From Blepharisma stoltei ATCC 30299 (taxonomy: Eukaryota > Protista > Ciliophora), in contig CBFDEM010000052.1 in the NCBI GenBank assembly GCA_965603825.1, forward strand, positions 248,001 to 312,000: a stretch of DNA of 64,000 bases, in the 5' to 3' direction. Numbering within the stretch: the stretch's first letter is position 1; every line of letters starts with the position of its first letter. Positions 9,827-22,690 of the stretch are shown piece by piece. Position numbers and translations under genes: made by a program. The notes beneath the pieces are model-generated. The model was not told the origin of the DNA, searched no databases, and was given only the letters and a program-made list of their open reading frames with translations.

Positions 9827-12800
9827 TTAACGATATCTTTTTAGCTTCGCAACAAAAACTTTCTTGTAAATTTTCCTCATAACTCTTAATAAATTATCAG
9901 AAGCGACAAGGTATAAGCGGTGCTGCCATGGTATATCGCGCGCTTTACTGTTAGTTTCCCTACCTTTATTTCCTACTTTAGATGGTGACTTCAATTTGAT
10001 TTTTGCTAAAGATTCAGATATAGCATTTGATAACGATTTTGATACTGCTTTTTCTAAAGCTGAAATACCTTTCCGATATTTAATCAATTTTTGATAGCTT
10101 AATTTCACTCTTTTATCTTCTTCTGGCTTAGTTTCAAAACTCATATTAGGATCAAAAACACAGTTTTTCACATCTCTGCATGGCGAAGGGTCACTTTCTG
10201 TAGGTGCGCTATCAGTTGGCACGCTATCAGTAAATTCTAATAAATTTTGAGGAGAAAAGCCGTTCAGCCTTTCAAAATTTGGTGTTATAAACCCAGATTT
10301 CTTTTTTACAATAAATCTCATCCTTTGCTTCAATTCAGTATCATATTGCTGTCTTTTATTTGTAGGGCTTACTATTGCTTTATGGACTGGGGCGATTGCA
10401 GGACTTTTACTTGATGGCTTCCAAGGTGGTCTTCCTGAATTGAGAGCGATTTTTAAGGCTTTGTCTTTGTCTTTTTCTTTGTAAATTTTAGGACTAGAGA
10501 TCATGTTTTGAATCAGTTTTTGTTGATAGCTAGAAGAATCAAAGCTTTGTTGAGATGAATGATTGGCATAAAGATTAGACCTGCTTGAATTATTTGAAAT
10601 TTCTGCTTCAATGTCAATTTCTACTTCTGGGGCTTTATATATTTGATTAATAGTTGGAGTATGCCTTGTGAATGTCGTGCTAGAGAGTCTTGAAATCTCA
10701 GACTCTTCTAATTCTACTGGCTGAGATCTTTTTTCACCTGGCAAATCTAGAATAAATCCATCGGAATCAGATGGTGATACAAAATCAAGCTTTTCTTGGT
10801 CTCGCTCAGAGAGGCGTGTATGCAAATCAGGGAAAACTGATAATTGATTTACATTCACTGATACAGTTGAGTGACTCTTAGGCATGCTTTCAATTGAATG
10901 CATCAAGACCATATCGTCATCTTGCTTTAGAGCTTCTGGGGTGTTATTTGAAGTTTCATCATTTGTATTTGACAAATTCATAATGCTATATGTCCTCAAT
11001 TTTCCGTCATCTATTAAATTACTTCATGAGTCGCTTAAAACGTTTAAATAATGCTTTTGTAGACAGTCTTCAAGTATCTGGAGCTTCTCTTCCATTATTA
11101 GTTCTCGGTCACTCTTTAGTTTTTGAAAGACTCCTTTAAAATTTAACTCAGAAGGATTTATTATTGGTGATTCTTCTTCATTAGCTCCAAGGGAATAATT
11201 ATTAATCCTATTGAAAATCTTTTTCTTAAGGCGCTTTATATGTGAAGAAATTCGTGTGAAAATAATTTTTGAACTCATTTTTCTTTGATAGTCTTGCTTC
11301 CATTTATTGATTTTTTCAGGGTCACTAGAATTTATTCAAATTTTTAAAGCTTGCTTGAAATGAGCCCTCTCATATAAAATAATGCATTTTTTAAGGATCT
11401 TTTCAATTGATTTTTGGCCATCACTTCTCTCATTTGCATCAACCTTAAGCCACCTCTCAAATTTCCTTTTTAATGCTTTTTTATTCATGTCTTTGATGGC
11501 CTGCTTTAGAGTTAGTGCAGCAGTCTTTTTTTGTAAGCATAAAATTTCTCTTTCTTTTATCAAAGTAAAAGCCAATAATTTATATTTATGTGCCAACGCT
11601 GATATTTCTTGCAAAATTCCTCTAGCTGCTTCCTTTTTCCTTGGGTCGTATATAGGGTATTCATTGTTTTCGTTGAATTTCTGATAATTCGAAAACCTTT
11701 TAATCGCCTGAAAAGCAAAAGCTTCAGACTCAATTTTGAATCTATGATAAAGGTTTCCAATTATTCCAGGTATCAAAGCAGCAGCAAGTGTCTTATCATA
11801 TATGCATTTTATCCCTGCAAACTCTTTTATCTGTGAAAAACAAGACTTTAGCACAGGATACACAAGCGGGAAAATAGATTTTGACAGCCTTTCTTTTCTA
11901 TCATGTTCTATTCTGCATTGAATTATTCTTTCTATCGTTTTATCATTGTCGCCTTTTGGATAAAGCCTTTCTAAATCTTCATGGCCTTTTGTAATAGTAA
12001 GATCTATAGAGCCTCTTAAGCTTGATCGTAAAGAAGAATTTTTTTCCATATTGTAATCAAGCGAGTCGAAAACTGAGCCAATCAGCTTATTGGCATATTC
12101 AGAGCGCTTATAAGGAGCTAGTTCTGTTAAATATCTAGCTATTTGGTGTGTTCCAGGCTCCTCTGCTTCATATAAAAGTCCAGCCATATGTGAGCAGGTG
12201 GAAACTAAACTGATTAGATTATTGTGCTCATTATGAACTGCATATACTTTCCCAATCCAATAAGTAAGCTGGCATTCCATAAAATCCGTGCTTGATGATA
12301 ACCGATTTTGAAATTTTTCTCTTCATTCATATATACAGCTGGAGCTTCTAGAAAACCCATAAGCAAAATCAAGTGTACTTGCAATAGAAGTTATGCTATC
12401 TCCATAATTTATCGGCAATTTCACTAAATCCATGCAATCATCAAAAATATACGCTTCACCTGAGTCAGTTAAAGCCACAATAAAACTATTTCCACAGCTC
12501 ACAGCAGTTATTGAATATTTCTCAAGCTCTGGTAGTGTATAAGGGTAATTCCCAGAACCCTTTTTCGGTGACCCTGTCGGGAGCCTTCTCACTATAGAAG
12601 ACCTTCTTGAATTAATGTAATTGTGCGCGCTTCCTATAACTCCATACAAATACACATAGCACCCATCAGTGCATATACAAGTAAAAGAAGGCCCACATAA
12701 AACTTGTTTAGCTTTAAATATTTTGGCGCTTTCGACTATCATAGGAGGCTGGTGATTTATCGAAAATCCGAGCGTTCCTAATTCTCCTTGAGACCCACTT

Positions 12801-13267
12801 CCCCAAGTAAAAAGATGTCCCATAGAATCAATTACGGCAGCATGTGTTTTCCCTATAGATCCTTGTATTATTTCTTCAAGCTGTGGAATTTTGACAGGAA
12901 TTTCAGATGAATATAATCCTGGCTCTATGAAGAGCCCGCTTTGTTTGCTGTCTACTCCTCAGATGAAAACTTCACCCTGATTACTTATCATGATTCCGAC
13001 CATATCATTACAAGCTATTGCTTTAATAGCAGTTTGGATAAAAATTTCTGCAGGGGGGTCCTTGATTTCTTCTTTTGTCAGGCCTTTTTCATAGACTTTT
13101 CCATCTTCTGCTAAACAAATTCCTTTTTTTATTCCAACGGCACATGATTTTATACTAAAATCTGACCCAAAAAGATGCTTGGGTGGAGGGATATCTGAGG
13201 ATATTCCAGTAGATTGCGACAACCAAAATGCTCCCTAAATAAGATTTACATATTTCTTGCTTATCAT
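9827..13267 (-). CDS. Large RCC1-repeat protein, about 1141 aa; one 15-nt intron at 13235-13249
   Basis: Five track ORFs share one frame and join through four TGA=Trp (e.g. GEVFI[W]G); RCC1 motifs GKTHAAVIDSMGHLFTWGSGSQGELG and VSCGNSFIVALTDSG; intron GTAAATCTTATTTAG. Confidence 0.88.
13235..13249 (-). other. 15-nt spliceosomal intron GTAAATCTTATTTAG
   Basis: Removes an in-frame TAG after the start of the RCC1 gene. Confidence 0.85.
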
Positions 13268-13436
13268 TCTTTGTGGATTTTAATTATGACGATTTATGGA
13301 ATAAGCATTGGATCTTATATTTAAACATAAAGAATTAGTGCCTGATTGAAGATTTTTCTATGACAAAAACGTTTAAATTTAAATTCTGGCTTATCTATAG
13401 CAGATTGGCAGTTTATTGGAATATTTTTATTTCTAG

Positions 13437-13790
13437 TTAATTTGGCTTTTCAAGGTCTTTTGATGCACGATTGTGTATTAAGGATCCTCTGGTGTTGTAA
13501 TAGTTTCTGAATGACGGCCTCTCTTCGAATTGTTCAGGGTTTTTCTCTCTAAAGTGTTCTGAAGCTTTGATTTTTTGCAACTGGGAGACATTTGGAGCCC
13601 AGGAATAGACAGCTATAAGTGCACCTATGACGACTTCAATAAGGATCTAAATAGAAATTACGTCTTTTGGCATGCCGATGTGGATGCTATGCATAGAGTC
13701 TTCCATTAGATGTCTAAACTCAATCAGACTATAAACACTGTGCACAAGCATGATCAAGCCTAAGAAGAGCCCATAATGCTTACCTTTCAT
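13437..13790 (-). CDS. EMC5: ER membrane complex subunit 5 / MMGT1 family, 112 aa; 15-nt intron at 13647-13661; absent from the ORF track
   Basis: GLIMLVHSVYS...MPKD|ILIEVVIG...ERPSFRNYYNTRG follows the MMgT family pattern; intron GTAATTTCTATTTAG. Confidence 0.8.
13647..13661 (-). other. 15-nt intron GTAATTTCTATTTAG
   Basis: Restores EMC5. Confidence 0.88.
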
Positions 13791-13858
13791 TTATATTTTA
13801 TTTGCCTCTTAATCAACCTAAATCTTCAATTTTCACATTAATAAAATAAAAATATAAA

Positions 13859-15136
13859 ATGAACGTGGAATTGACTAATCATCAGCTGGCAGCTCTCAAT
13901 GCAAAAATGCCGTCTTTCTTCATCCTTAAGCAAACTGTTAACAAAGGATTGCCACCTAGACCGTCAAAGCAGCGCAAATCTGAAGTGGACAACATGGACT
14001 TGGATATTGTTTATGAACCTCAAGTTGCGGAATCTCGCCCACAACGCAACAAGAAGAAGATAGAGTTTGACGAGATTGATTCAGGACAAAAACAAAGCGA
14101 GCCTTCCAAAAAAATTCAGAAAATTCTGCAGACAATAAAAAGGCATCCTATGGCAGAACCTTTCTTACACCCTGTTGATCCCAAGCAAGTTCCAGACTAT
14201 TACAGCGTGATTCAGGATCCTATGGATTTGGAGACAGTAGAAAGGAAGCTCAAAAGTGGGGAATACGAAACTGGCTATCAATTTGCAATGGATATGCGCC
14301 TTATTTGGAGCAATTCGTTTTATTATAATGCTAACGGCTCTGAATTGTATCACATGACTATGACACTCAGTGCTGAATTCGAGAAACTTATGAAAGGCAA
14401 TGAAAGCTTAGTTTTGGTTGATAAAAAAGATATTATTCAGGATTTGTATAAAAAACTAGAAAAACTGTCCAAAGGCATGAAAGATCTTCAAACAGGCAAA
14501 GTTCAAGCTCAGCCGCCAAAGCCTGCTTCTCCGCCTAAGCCTCCACTTGAAAAACCTATGAGTTTGCAAGATAAAAAAGCCCTCTGCAACAGCATTAAGA
14601 AGCTTGATCCTAAATATCTGAGGGGAGTTTTAGATATTGTTCAAGAATGTATGGATATCCAAGGGGAAGAGCTAGAATTTGACATAGATAAGCTCCCTTC
14701 AAAAGTATGCAGAGAACTAGACAAGTATGTGAGAAATTGCTTACAAAACGCAAATCGCACACACAAGAAGAGTAAACCCCAAGTGGTGAACATAAATGGA
14801 ATTAAAAATGCTCAAGAAATCACTTCTAATAGGCTGACAGATTTAGACTCACAGTTGCATGAACTGGCTCAAAAGTCAAGAACTGAAGTTCCAGCACAGC
14901 CAGAGCCGAAAGATGAAGAGTCTGAGAGTGAAAGTTCTTCATCAAGCGAAAGCGAGGAAGATGACATGCCAATGCCGGCGCATGATATTGATGCATATCA
15001 TCAGTATCCTAACCAAATGGGTACAGACTCAATGTGAAGCATGTTCCGTGACAATAATATTGATACGTATCAAGATTTTTCTACTGGTACCTTTTCAACG
15101 ATGATGGATTTTGATAAAAATGATGCATTCAAATAA
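13859..15136 (+). CDS. BET/GTE-type bromodomain plus ET domain protein, 425 aa
   Basis: AEPFLHPVDP..VPDYYSVIQDPMDL..YYN bromodomain; PMSLQDKKAL...ELEFDIDKL ET domain; TGA 15035-15037 reads through to TAA at 15136. Confidence 0.92.
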
Positions 15137-15551
15137 TTAACCTGAAGTTTATAATTGTATAGATAATTTCTAAAAATAAGCAGACAACACAGGATGTTTT
15201 CCTTTTTAATATGCATAAACTTTTATTTTTAGCTTGAAGTCTAATGATGCTTTTGATCTTTTCTAAAAAATTGTTTATAATTATAAAAGTACTAATCTAA
15301 ATATAATAAAAAAATATCACTGGATTAATCAATTTAAAGATTTATAAGTATTTTATGTTGAGAATTTGAAATATTATCATTGAAAAATTACATTTCAGGT
15401 CATATCCGTAAAAACTAAAATAAAAAAATATTCATTTATCCACTACTACTAATAATAACTGTATATATTTTCGTTAGTAAAGACATGAAAATAAGCTGCT
15501 TTTTATTTAATTGAAACTCAAAAACGCATAATTGAGTTTAAAAATTATAAA

Positions 15552-15755
15552 ATGGGTGAATGTTGTTCGGCTTTTTGCAAAGGGATTGCAATTTGCTGCA
15601 AATATACTTATAATGGAGTCGTTTACACCAAAGACAAAATAAAAGACTGTTGTTCATGCTGGTGATACCCTTTAAAAGAGAGATGTTGTGCGTGCTGTGA
15701 TTGTTGTGACAGATATTATAATCCCTATAAAGATGAATCTTATTCGACAATATAA
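15552..15755 (+). CDS. 67-aa Cys-rich, probably acylated microprotein; absent from the ORF track
   Basis: MGECCSAFCKGIAICCKYTYNGVVYTKDKIKDCCSCW[W]YPLKERCCACCDCCDRYYNPYKDESYSTI*; one TGA=Trp; 14 Cys. Confidence 0.75.
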
Positions 15756-16000
15756 CAGAGCGGAAACTTACAAGTGACTAATAGGAGCATTTTCACTGAT
15801 AATTAATTTAACTTTTGAACAATTTTATGAAGATTCAGTTTTTTATTGGTACCCTCACACAAATAATTTTCCTCTTAAAAATTCCTAGTTTATTATTCTA
15901 AAATGCGATAATAATTTACCTTCATCTTATTTTTTTAATATTTACCAGAATTGTTTACTCAAGATCTTTGTTTATTTCATTTTAGATTTTAAACTAATCA

Positions 16001-17965
16001 ATGGCAGATTTATACAACACTCTCGGTGAAAAAGAAAATTCTGAATTTCTTGAAACCCAAATAGACCGACTTAATGCTGCTTTAGAAGAAGCTTTAAATG
16101 ATATTGAAAACAACCGATCTTCAATCAGAATCGATAATTCTGAAATCATGAAATCAATGTGTTCAGTTCTTACCACAGAAGAAGCAGAAGATCTCAGTCT
16201 TCAATTAGAGGGGCAATCACAAATGTATGATTCTTTCTACATGCAAGACGATTTCGAGCAAAAACTGGAAGACTTGCTAATTCAGCTTGACCGCTATCAG
16301 ATGATCATTGAAGATTTCAAAGGATTTGAAATGCAGACTTTGGAAAATTCAAAACATATAAAAGTTGTATGCACAGATCTTGAACTTTTAAACAGCATTA
16401 ACCAATTTAAGCAGGCTGTTTCTGAAAAATCTATAGAAACCTTACAGGCAACATTTGGATCTGTTATTTTAGATTTGGACATCCAGCATGAGATTTTGTC
16501 AGGCTATGATATCTTGAATGAAAATGGCGATGAAATAAGAAATAAAGAATATTTGGAAAAATATATAGAAAACCTAGAAAAAGAAATAGATGATCTGAAA
16601 GATAAACAAGTTCTCTGTGAAAATCTGCATGGTGGGGTAAGTCGACCACATTTTGAAGAATCTCCAAAGCATCTGCCATCAAAAGCTTCACATGAAAATC
16701 GGATTGATATTGATAGACTAAGGACAGAAATTACTCTTGAATTGGAAATGAAATATTCTAAAAGAAAAAACCCTCAGCTTGAGCTTGCTCAAGAAAAATT
16801 AAATTTACAACTTGAAGAGGTAGAAGAAATAAAGACACATTATATGAATAAGCTTAAAGAATTAAACGATCAGAAGTCATCAATTATTAAACGAGAAAAT
16901 GAGCTTAAGTCTGCTAAAGCTGCTTTTGAGAGAGAAAAAGTGTCATGGCGCGAACAAATGAGGGTCCAGGAGCAAGAAACATACAAATTAAAGAGACATT
17001 TAGAGGTGTTTTTTAAAAATTATGGATATGAAGATTTAAGTCCTGGAGCTCAGCAAGCGATACCAAACGGGCTTGAAATAGACACCTCTATTGATGAAAG
17101 CTTTAATCCTAATTCAGCCAAACCACAGACACCTTCTTATAGGTTTAAACAAGTTGCAGGACTGCAGGGACATCTACAAGAACTTGAATCCAAGATTAAG
17201 GAATATTCTGAAACGAATGAAGACCCTGACAAAATTGAACTGAAAATTGACAATGTCAAAAATAAAATATTGAACTTAAGAGGCGAAAAAGCAATTTACG
17301 AATCCAAAAAACAGGCAAGATCATTGGCTCATATGGTAAAAATCATGGAAAAGGAATCTTCAGTAAATCAGGAAAAAAGAAGAAAAGACTTGATACAGCA
17401 AATATATAAAAAATATGGAATTGCCTCAAAAATTATTCTAAGCCCGTTTAATAATGCAAGAAGACCAGAAACCCCTAGAGCTCGAGCATTTTTATTCCCA
17501 ATTCAAGAAGACACCCCAGAGAATGTTTCGACTTCAGAAAGTCCTGAAAGCTCTTCAAAGAGGCCTCTGCCAGAGCTTAGAATACCCCAAGACGAAAAAG
17601 CTTTAACTTTACTAGACAAAAAAGCAGATTACTTAAACCAAAAAGAAAATGAACTTTATGAGAAGGAAAAAATCTTTCAAGACCTTTGCTTGAAAAACCC
17701 AGACTCAAAAGACTTTTTTGAAATAATGAAAACTGAAAAAGAAGCTTTGGAAAGAGAAAAAGAAGTAATCAAAAATGAAAGAGAACATATCAAACAAATA
17801 AAAGAGAAATTAGAGGATGGCAATGAAAAAATCAACAAAATAAAAGAAGATCAGCTGAAAGAAAGGAAGTTGTTGGACAAAGAGAAAAAAGAGCTCTACA
17901 GGCTGCGAAAAATTATATACTCGATATTGCCAACTTTGCAAATGGTTTCAGCACATGCGGTTTAA
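16001..17965 (+). CDS. Coiled-coil hypothetical protein
   Basis: 654-aa E/K-rich ORF. Confidence 0.8.
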   Translation: MADLYNTLGEKENSEFLETQIDRLNAALEEALNDIENNRSSIRIDNSEIMKSMCSVLTTEEAEDLSLQLEGQSQMYDSFYMQDDFEQKLEDLLIQLDRYQMIIEDFKGFEMQTLENSKHIKVVCTDLELLNSINQFKQAVSEKSIETLQATFGSVILDLDIQHEILSGYDILNENGDEIRNKEYLEKYIENLEKEIDDLKDKQVLCENLHGGVSRPHFEESPKHLPSKASHENRIDIDRLRTEITLELEMKYSKRKNPQLELAQEKLNLQLEEVEEIKTHYMNKLKELNDQKSSIIKRENELKSAKAAFEREKVSWREQMRVQEQETYKLKRHLEVFFKNYGYEDLSPGAQQAIPNGLEIDTSIDESFNPNSAKPQTPSYRFKQVAGLQGHLQELESKIKEYSETNEDPDKIELKIDNVKNKILNLRGEKAIYESKKQARSLAHMVKIMEKESSVNQEKRRKDLIQQIYKKYGIASKIILSPFNNARRPETPRARAFLFPIQEDTPENVSTSESPESSSKRPLPELRIPQDEKALTLLDKKADYLNQKENELYEKEKIFQDLCLKNPDSKDFFEIMKTEKEALEREKEVIKNEREHIKQIKEKLEDGNEKINKIKEDQLKERKLLDKEKKELYRLRKIIYSILPTLQMVSAHAV

Positions 17966-18045
17966 ATAATGATATTAATTTACTGAAATTCTTTGTTTTT
18001 ATAAAAAATTTTAAATTAAATGAAAGTAATCACTTTATACAATAA

Positions 18046-19638
18046 TTAGCGAAGCAGCACTCTGTTCAAATTCTGAGCATACTGAGATGCTTCAAATTCA
18101 TTTGGAAATTGCAATTGCATATTATCTTCATTGCTTTTAATAATTATATACCTTCCAACACATTCAATACTTAAAATATCTTCGATATTCAGCTTGCCTT
18201 GCAAATTCATTTCTAATAAGTCTCTCCACTCCAATGTATAATCTTCACTTTCATAAGAGAATTTTTCATTATTTGGCACCAAGCAAAAACAATAGGTTTT
18301 TTCTGTTCTATCCTTAATTAATTTCAAAAATCTTGGCTTTAGTAGCTGAAGCAAGTAATCATCATTCTTCTTTTGATCCTCTTTAACTTTAATTCTAGTC
18401 AAACTTGGCATTTGTCTTGTTTTTATTTTTTGTTCTGTTTTTGTCCTTGAATCAGCAATATACATTAATTTCCTCTCTTGAGTTGCATTTAATTCTTCAA
18501 GTCTTTTTAATTTTTCTGTAGTTGAATCTGTATAGCTCGTGTTCGCAGGAGAAACCACTTCAAAACTGATGGAATTTTTAAATTCCATCGAAGGGTCTCT
18601 CCTTGAAGAATCACTGGAAAAAGTGTTTTTGGTGGAGTCTTCAATTTTACTAGAAAAACTTCATCTATCACTGGTTGACTCTTTTGAGCTAAATTTAGGT
18701 GTGAATTGAGAGAAAAAGCCTTTTGGCATCAAATCGACTTCAGATGGAAGCTGGGACAAAGCAATAGTGCTGGTGGAGTAATCCAAGCTTTCTGATGCAA
18801 TTGAAAAAACAGAGCAGGTGCTTGCACTTTCATTCAAACTTATTGGTCTAACTCCATCTTTAAACACAATCATATTGTTGTTTACAGGATTTGGAACTTG
18901 ATCTTTAAAAGCTTTATAAATCTGAAACATTTGCAATAAATTAAATTCTTCATCAGCATTTGCTGCAAACTCTTCTGGGGTTACAAACATTTTCAGCTGA
19001 AGCGATTCCATGACTGAAAATACCGCACATAGATTTTGCAGTATTTTATCCCTAGTCGTTGGCTCATAATAAATTTGTCTTAAATCGACCTTTTTGTGGA
19101 AACAATTTAAAACATAAGCAATGTTAGTTCCTTTTTGAAATTCAGCCCCTGGATTTTTTATGTCAAAGTTTCTCCCATACATCCCAAGCACAGTTTCGAA
19201 CCAAGTTCAGCAACTTTTTGCATTCACTCTAAGCTCATTTAAAATAAAACTTTCGAAAATTACGTTGATTAGTTGCCAAGATTTTTCTGTTTTAGGAACT
19301 AACAGCTCTTCTGCTGTTGGCATACGATGAGCTCTTACGGATCTTTTCCAAACGATACTTAAAATTTGTTCTAAATTATGCAAGCAAGCTTTTTTCGCGA
19401 CTGGGTTTTTGTAAAACCCCAGAAAACGTATTTTTGAGTCTAGTAGTGGAAGGAGTTTGGCAAGAAAAGTTCCAGTCTTCATCTGGTCAGGGAGATCTTT
19501 TTCTTGCATTCGAGGCCAAATTGATAAAGAATTTATCCAGCGCGTTAAAATTGCTCTGCGCTGTCTTGGAATGGCGTCTGAGGTCCTTGAGGACTGAGTT
19601 GGCGTTGTTGATCTGTATTTTAATGATGAGTTAAGCAT
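18046..19638 (-). CDS. Tandem calponin-homology domain protein with a possible C-terminal PH-like domain, 530 aa
   Basis: Three ORFs joined by TGA=Trp at 19207-19209 and 18661-18663; LTRWINSL...MKTGTFLAKLL...CLHNLEQIL is CH-like. Confidence 0.78.
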
Positions 19639-19769
19639 TTTGGAAAAATATTTATTGAGAAAAATAGAAAAAGTTAAAAATCAGACACTTTGCAGTAAGA
19701 TAAATAAGCTCTAAAATCTTAGTGAAAACAGCTTTCAATAAGGAAATTCTTTATTAGCAAATTATTAAT

Positions 19770-22667
19770 ATGTCTATTTCTGTTTCAAGGCTACAAACTC
19801 CAATTGTAGTTACCCAAGGACCTCAGCTAATGCTTAGCAAGTCTCATCTTTATATGAAAGCTTATATAAGCACTACAGCAGGCGATGAAGTAAGTGTTAC
19901 TAACAATGGGACATCAGCGGTTTTCTATGAATGAAGGAAATTTAATAGATCAGATTTCATCAAAGCAAAACGCAGTGACGGGATTAATCGATTTTATTGC
20001 CATTATGGCCGCGATGTTTTGCTTCCGGGTGAGACCAAGAGATTTGTATTTACTTTCAGTAGTGAAAAGCCTGGGAATTTCACTGAGGAATGAGACTTAT
20101 TAACTGATCCTTTGCTTACACATCCCATAAAGCAGCTTACTTTATCTGGAGAAGCCTATGAAAATGATGGGTATATTGCCCAGCGTCATTTCTTTGAAGA
20201 AGAGCTGACTAGAAGAACAGTTTTGCATACATGTGAAGAAATTCTATCAGATATTACTAGAAGTGTGAGAACTCCAACACCTCCGCCTCCTGATCTTGAA
20301 GACCCTAAGCAATGTCAAGAGCAATTTGAGTCAAAAAATCTACATTATCAAGTTTGGCATACAACTGATGTGATTAAAATGCTGAGGCAGTTAGAAAGCT
20401 GGGTTGTCGAGCATATTCCATTAGAAGAACATTTTGAGCCTTGAAACTTAAGTATAGACCATATGAAAGAACTTATTTCTTTGGTGCCGAAAATAGACTT
20501 GCAACATAGATATATAGAAAGGCTGAATTTTATCGTGAAACTGGCAAAGGAAAAACCGCTCTATAGATCGATTTATTGGGAAGATGCCAGGAAAGTACTG
20601 GTAGATCTTGCAGAAGAAATTCCTGTGATAAGCTCAAAAATAAGAACTGAGCTTGATATTGAAGATTACAGATTTTGCCTGCCTTGGGAACTAACACAAG
20701 AGGAAATCGACAAAATTCAGAAGGAAAAAACTGATAAAGAAGTTGCAAGAGCCAAACTGGTAAAAGGCAAAAAAATAAACGTAGCTGAGGAGATGGCAAA
20801 AGATAGAGAAGCCTGCAAGGAAAGACTTTTTGCATCTGTCAAAGAAAAATTCATAGATCTATTTGTCAAAGTCTTAGATGAAGAACCTTATATGTTTTTA
20901 TGGAACCATATGGAAACCATGCACTTAACAAACGTGTTACCAAAAATTTTGCAAAATACCAACAGGCTCAATAAACATATGAAAAATTCTAATATCGCTA
21001 ATTATAAAATTGCATCAAACAGCATTAAGACTATGAATGAAGTCAATATGGGAGAGTTATCAAGAAAATATGGAATAAATGAAGCTGACATGGAAGGCAA
21101 AAAAGTAATGCTGAGGTTAAATTTAGATGTTCCATTATCAGAAGAAATTTGGGAGGAAGAAGAAGTTGAAGTACAAAATGACCCAGAGCAAGACCCAGTA
21201 ACTGTAATAGAAAAGCACTGTCAACCAAGAGAAATCATAGATGCAACTTTACTGAAAAATGCTGTACCTACTATTAGGTATTGTTTAGATCATCTTGCTA
21301 AATGCGTTATTATTGTTGCAAATCTAGGGCCAAGAGTAGGAAATAACAGAGAAGAGTACAGTCTTCTACCTGTTGCAGAATGGCTTGAACAAGAACTAGA
21401 CCAACATATTGAATTCATTGAAGAAATTGAAATTGAAAATTTTGATGAAAGAATTGAAGACTTGCCTGAAAATTCTGTGATTTTGCTTGAAAACATGTCG
21501 TTTCATCCAGCAGAATTTGGATATTCAATTGATAGAGATGAAAATTGCTATCACGTCGATTTGGATAAAATTAATAATTTTAGAAGAAAGCTTACATCAT
21601 ATTATGAACTTTATATCAATGACTGCATAGGGCCTAACACTTGCATGGAAACTTTATTTAAAGACACTTGCAGTTGGAGAAACCCAGGATGCTCTTCAAT
21701 TGAATGCCCAGAATTCGAAGGAGAAGCAATACTTGGGTTAAATCTAGAAAAAGAAATCAAAGGAATCTCTTCACTTTTCCATGAGCCAGAAAGACCACTT
21801 TTAGCTATTATAGGTGGGAACCATTCAAGCAAAATAAATCTTCTAGACAAAGTCGTTATGATGTACAATCTTCTATATCAAGTCGACAAAATCTTCCTTG
21901 GTGGAGACATGGCCCTTCTATTTTTCCATGTGATGAACTCCCTCCCTTCAACTTTCGACCCACATTTAAATCAATTTGTACAAAGAGTCATTGATTTTGC
22001 AAAAGAACTCAAAAAGCCTATTATTTTACCTTCTGATTTTATTATTTGTGAAAAAATAAATCCGCCAGAAGAGCTGCAATTAGACTTCACCTGGGCTCAT
22101 TATTCAGATAAGTATCAGCCTTGCAAAATAGGTGAGCCAATTCCGGAAGGGTGGGCTATTGTAGGATTTCATGAGCAAACTGCTGAAAAACTGAACTCAA
22201 CACTATTTGAAAGCAGAAGATTTTTCTGGTGCGGGTCATTAGACTTGCACACTTCTAATAAAGAGCAGCTAAATCTACTGAATAAAGTTGCAATAGAATT
22301 TTTCAAAAGCCATAAGGAAAGCAGAGAACTTCACATTGGGATTTTCGATGTTGAAGAGTCATTTAAATACCTTGTGCAAGAAAACAATCAAAATTCCACT
22401 GAAAGGATCTTAAACTCAGATGAAGAGGAAGAAGAGGTAGAAGAGGAAGAAGAGGAAGAAAAGACCCAAGAAGAAAACTCAGAAGGCACTGTTGAGCAGA
22501 ACCAAAACAGTTTTGATCACTTATTCAACCATAGATTCAATGGTGGCCCTCTAACCGTTGCCATACTTCAAGGAAGAAAAATAAGACCTTTAGAACTAAT
22601 AAAAGAGCATCTTCCCCCACGTCCTAAGTCTGCTGAAGAAGACACTTCGTATTTAGAAATTATTTAA
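19770..22667 (+). CDS. MYCBP-associated protein (MYCBPAP-like) domain fused to a degenerate phosphoglycerate kinase fold, 965 aa
   Basis: ATG 19770 open to TAA 22667 through TGA at 19932, 20091 and 20442; NNGTSAVFYE[W]...VLLPGETKRFVFTF...EE[W]DLLTDP, then GKKVMLRLNLDVPL, LLENMSFH, YINDC, RPLLAIIGG. Confidence 0.8.
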
Positions 22668-22690
22668 TAACCCAATTTAGCCAATTTAAT

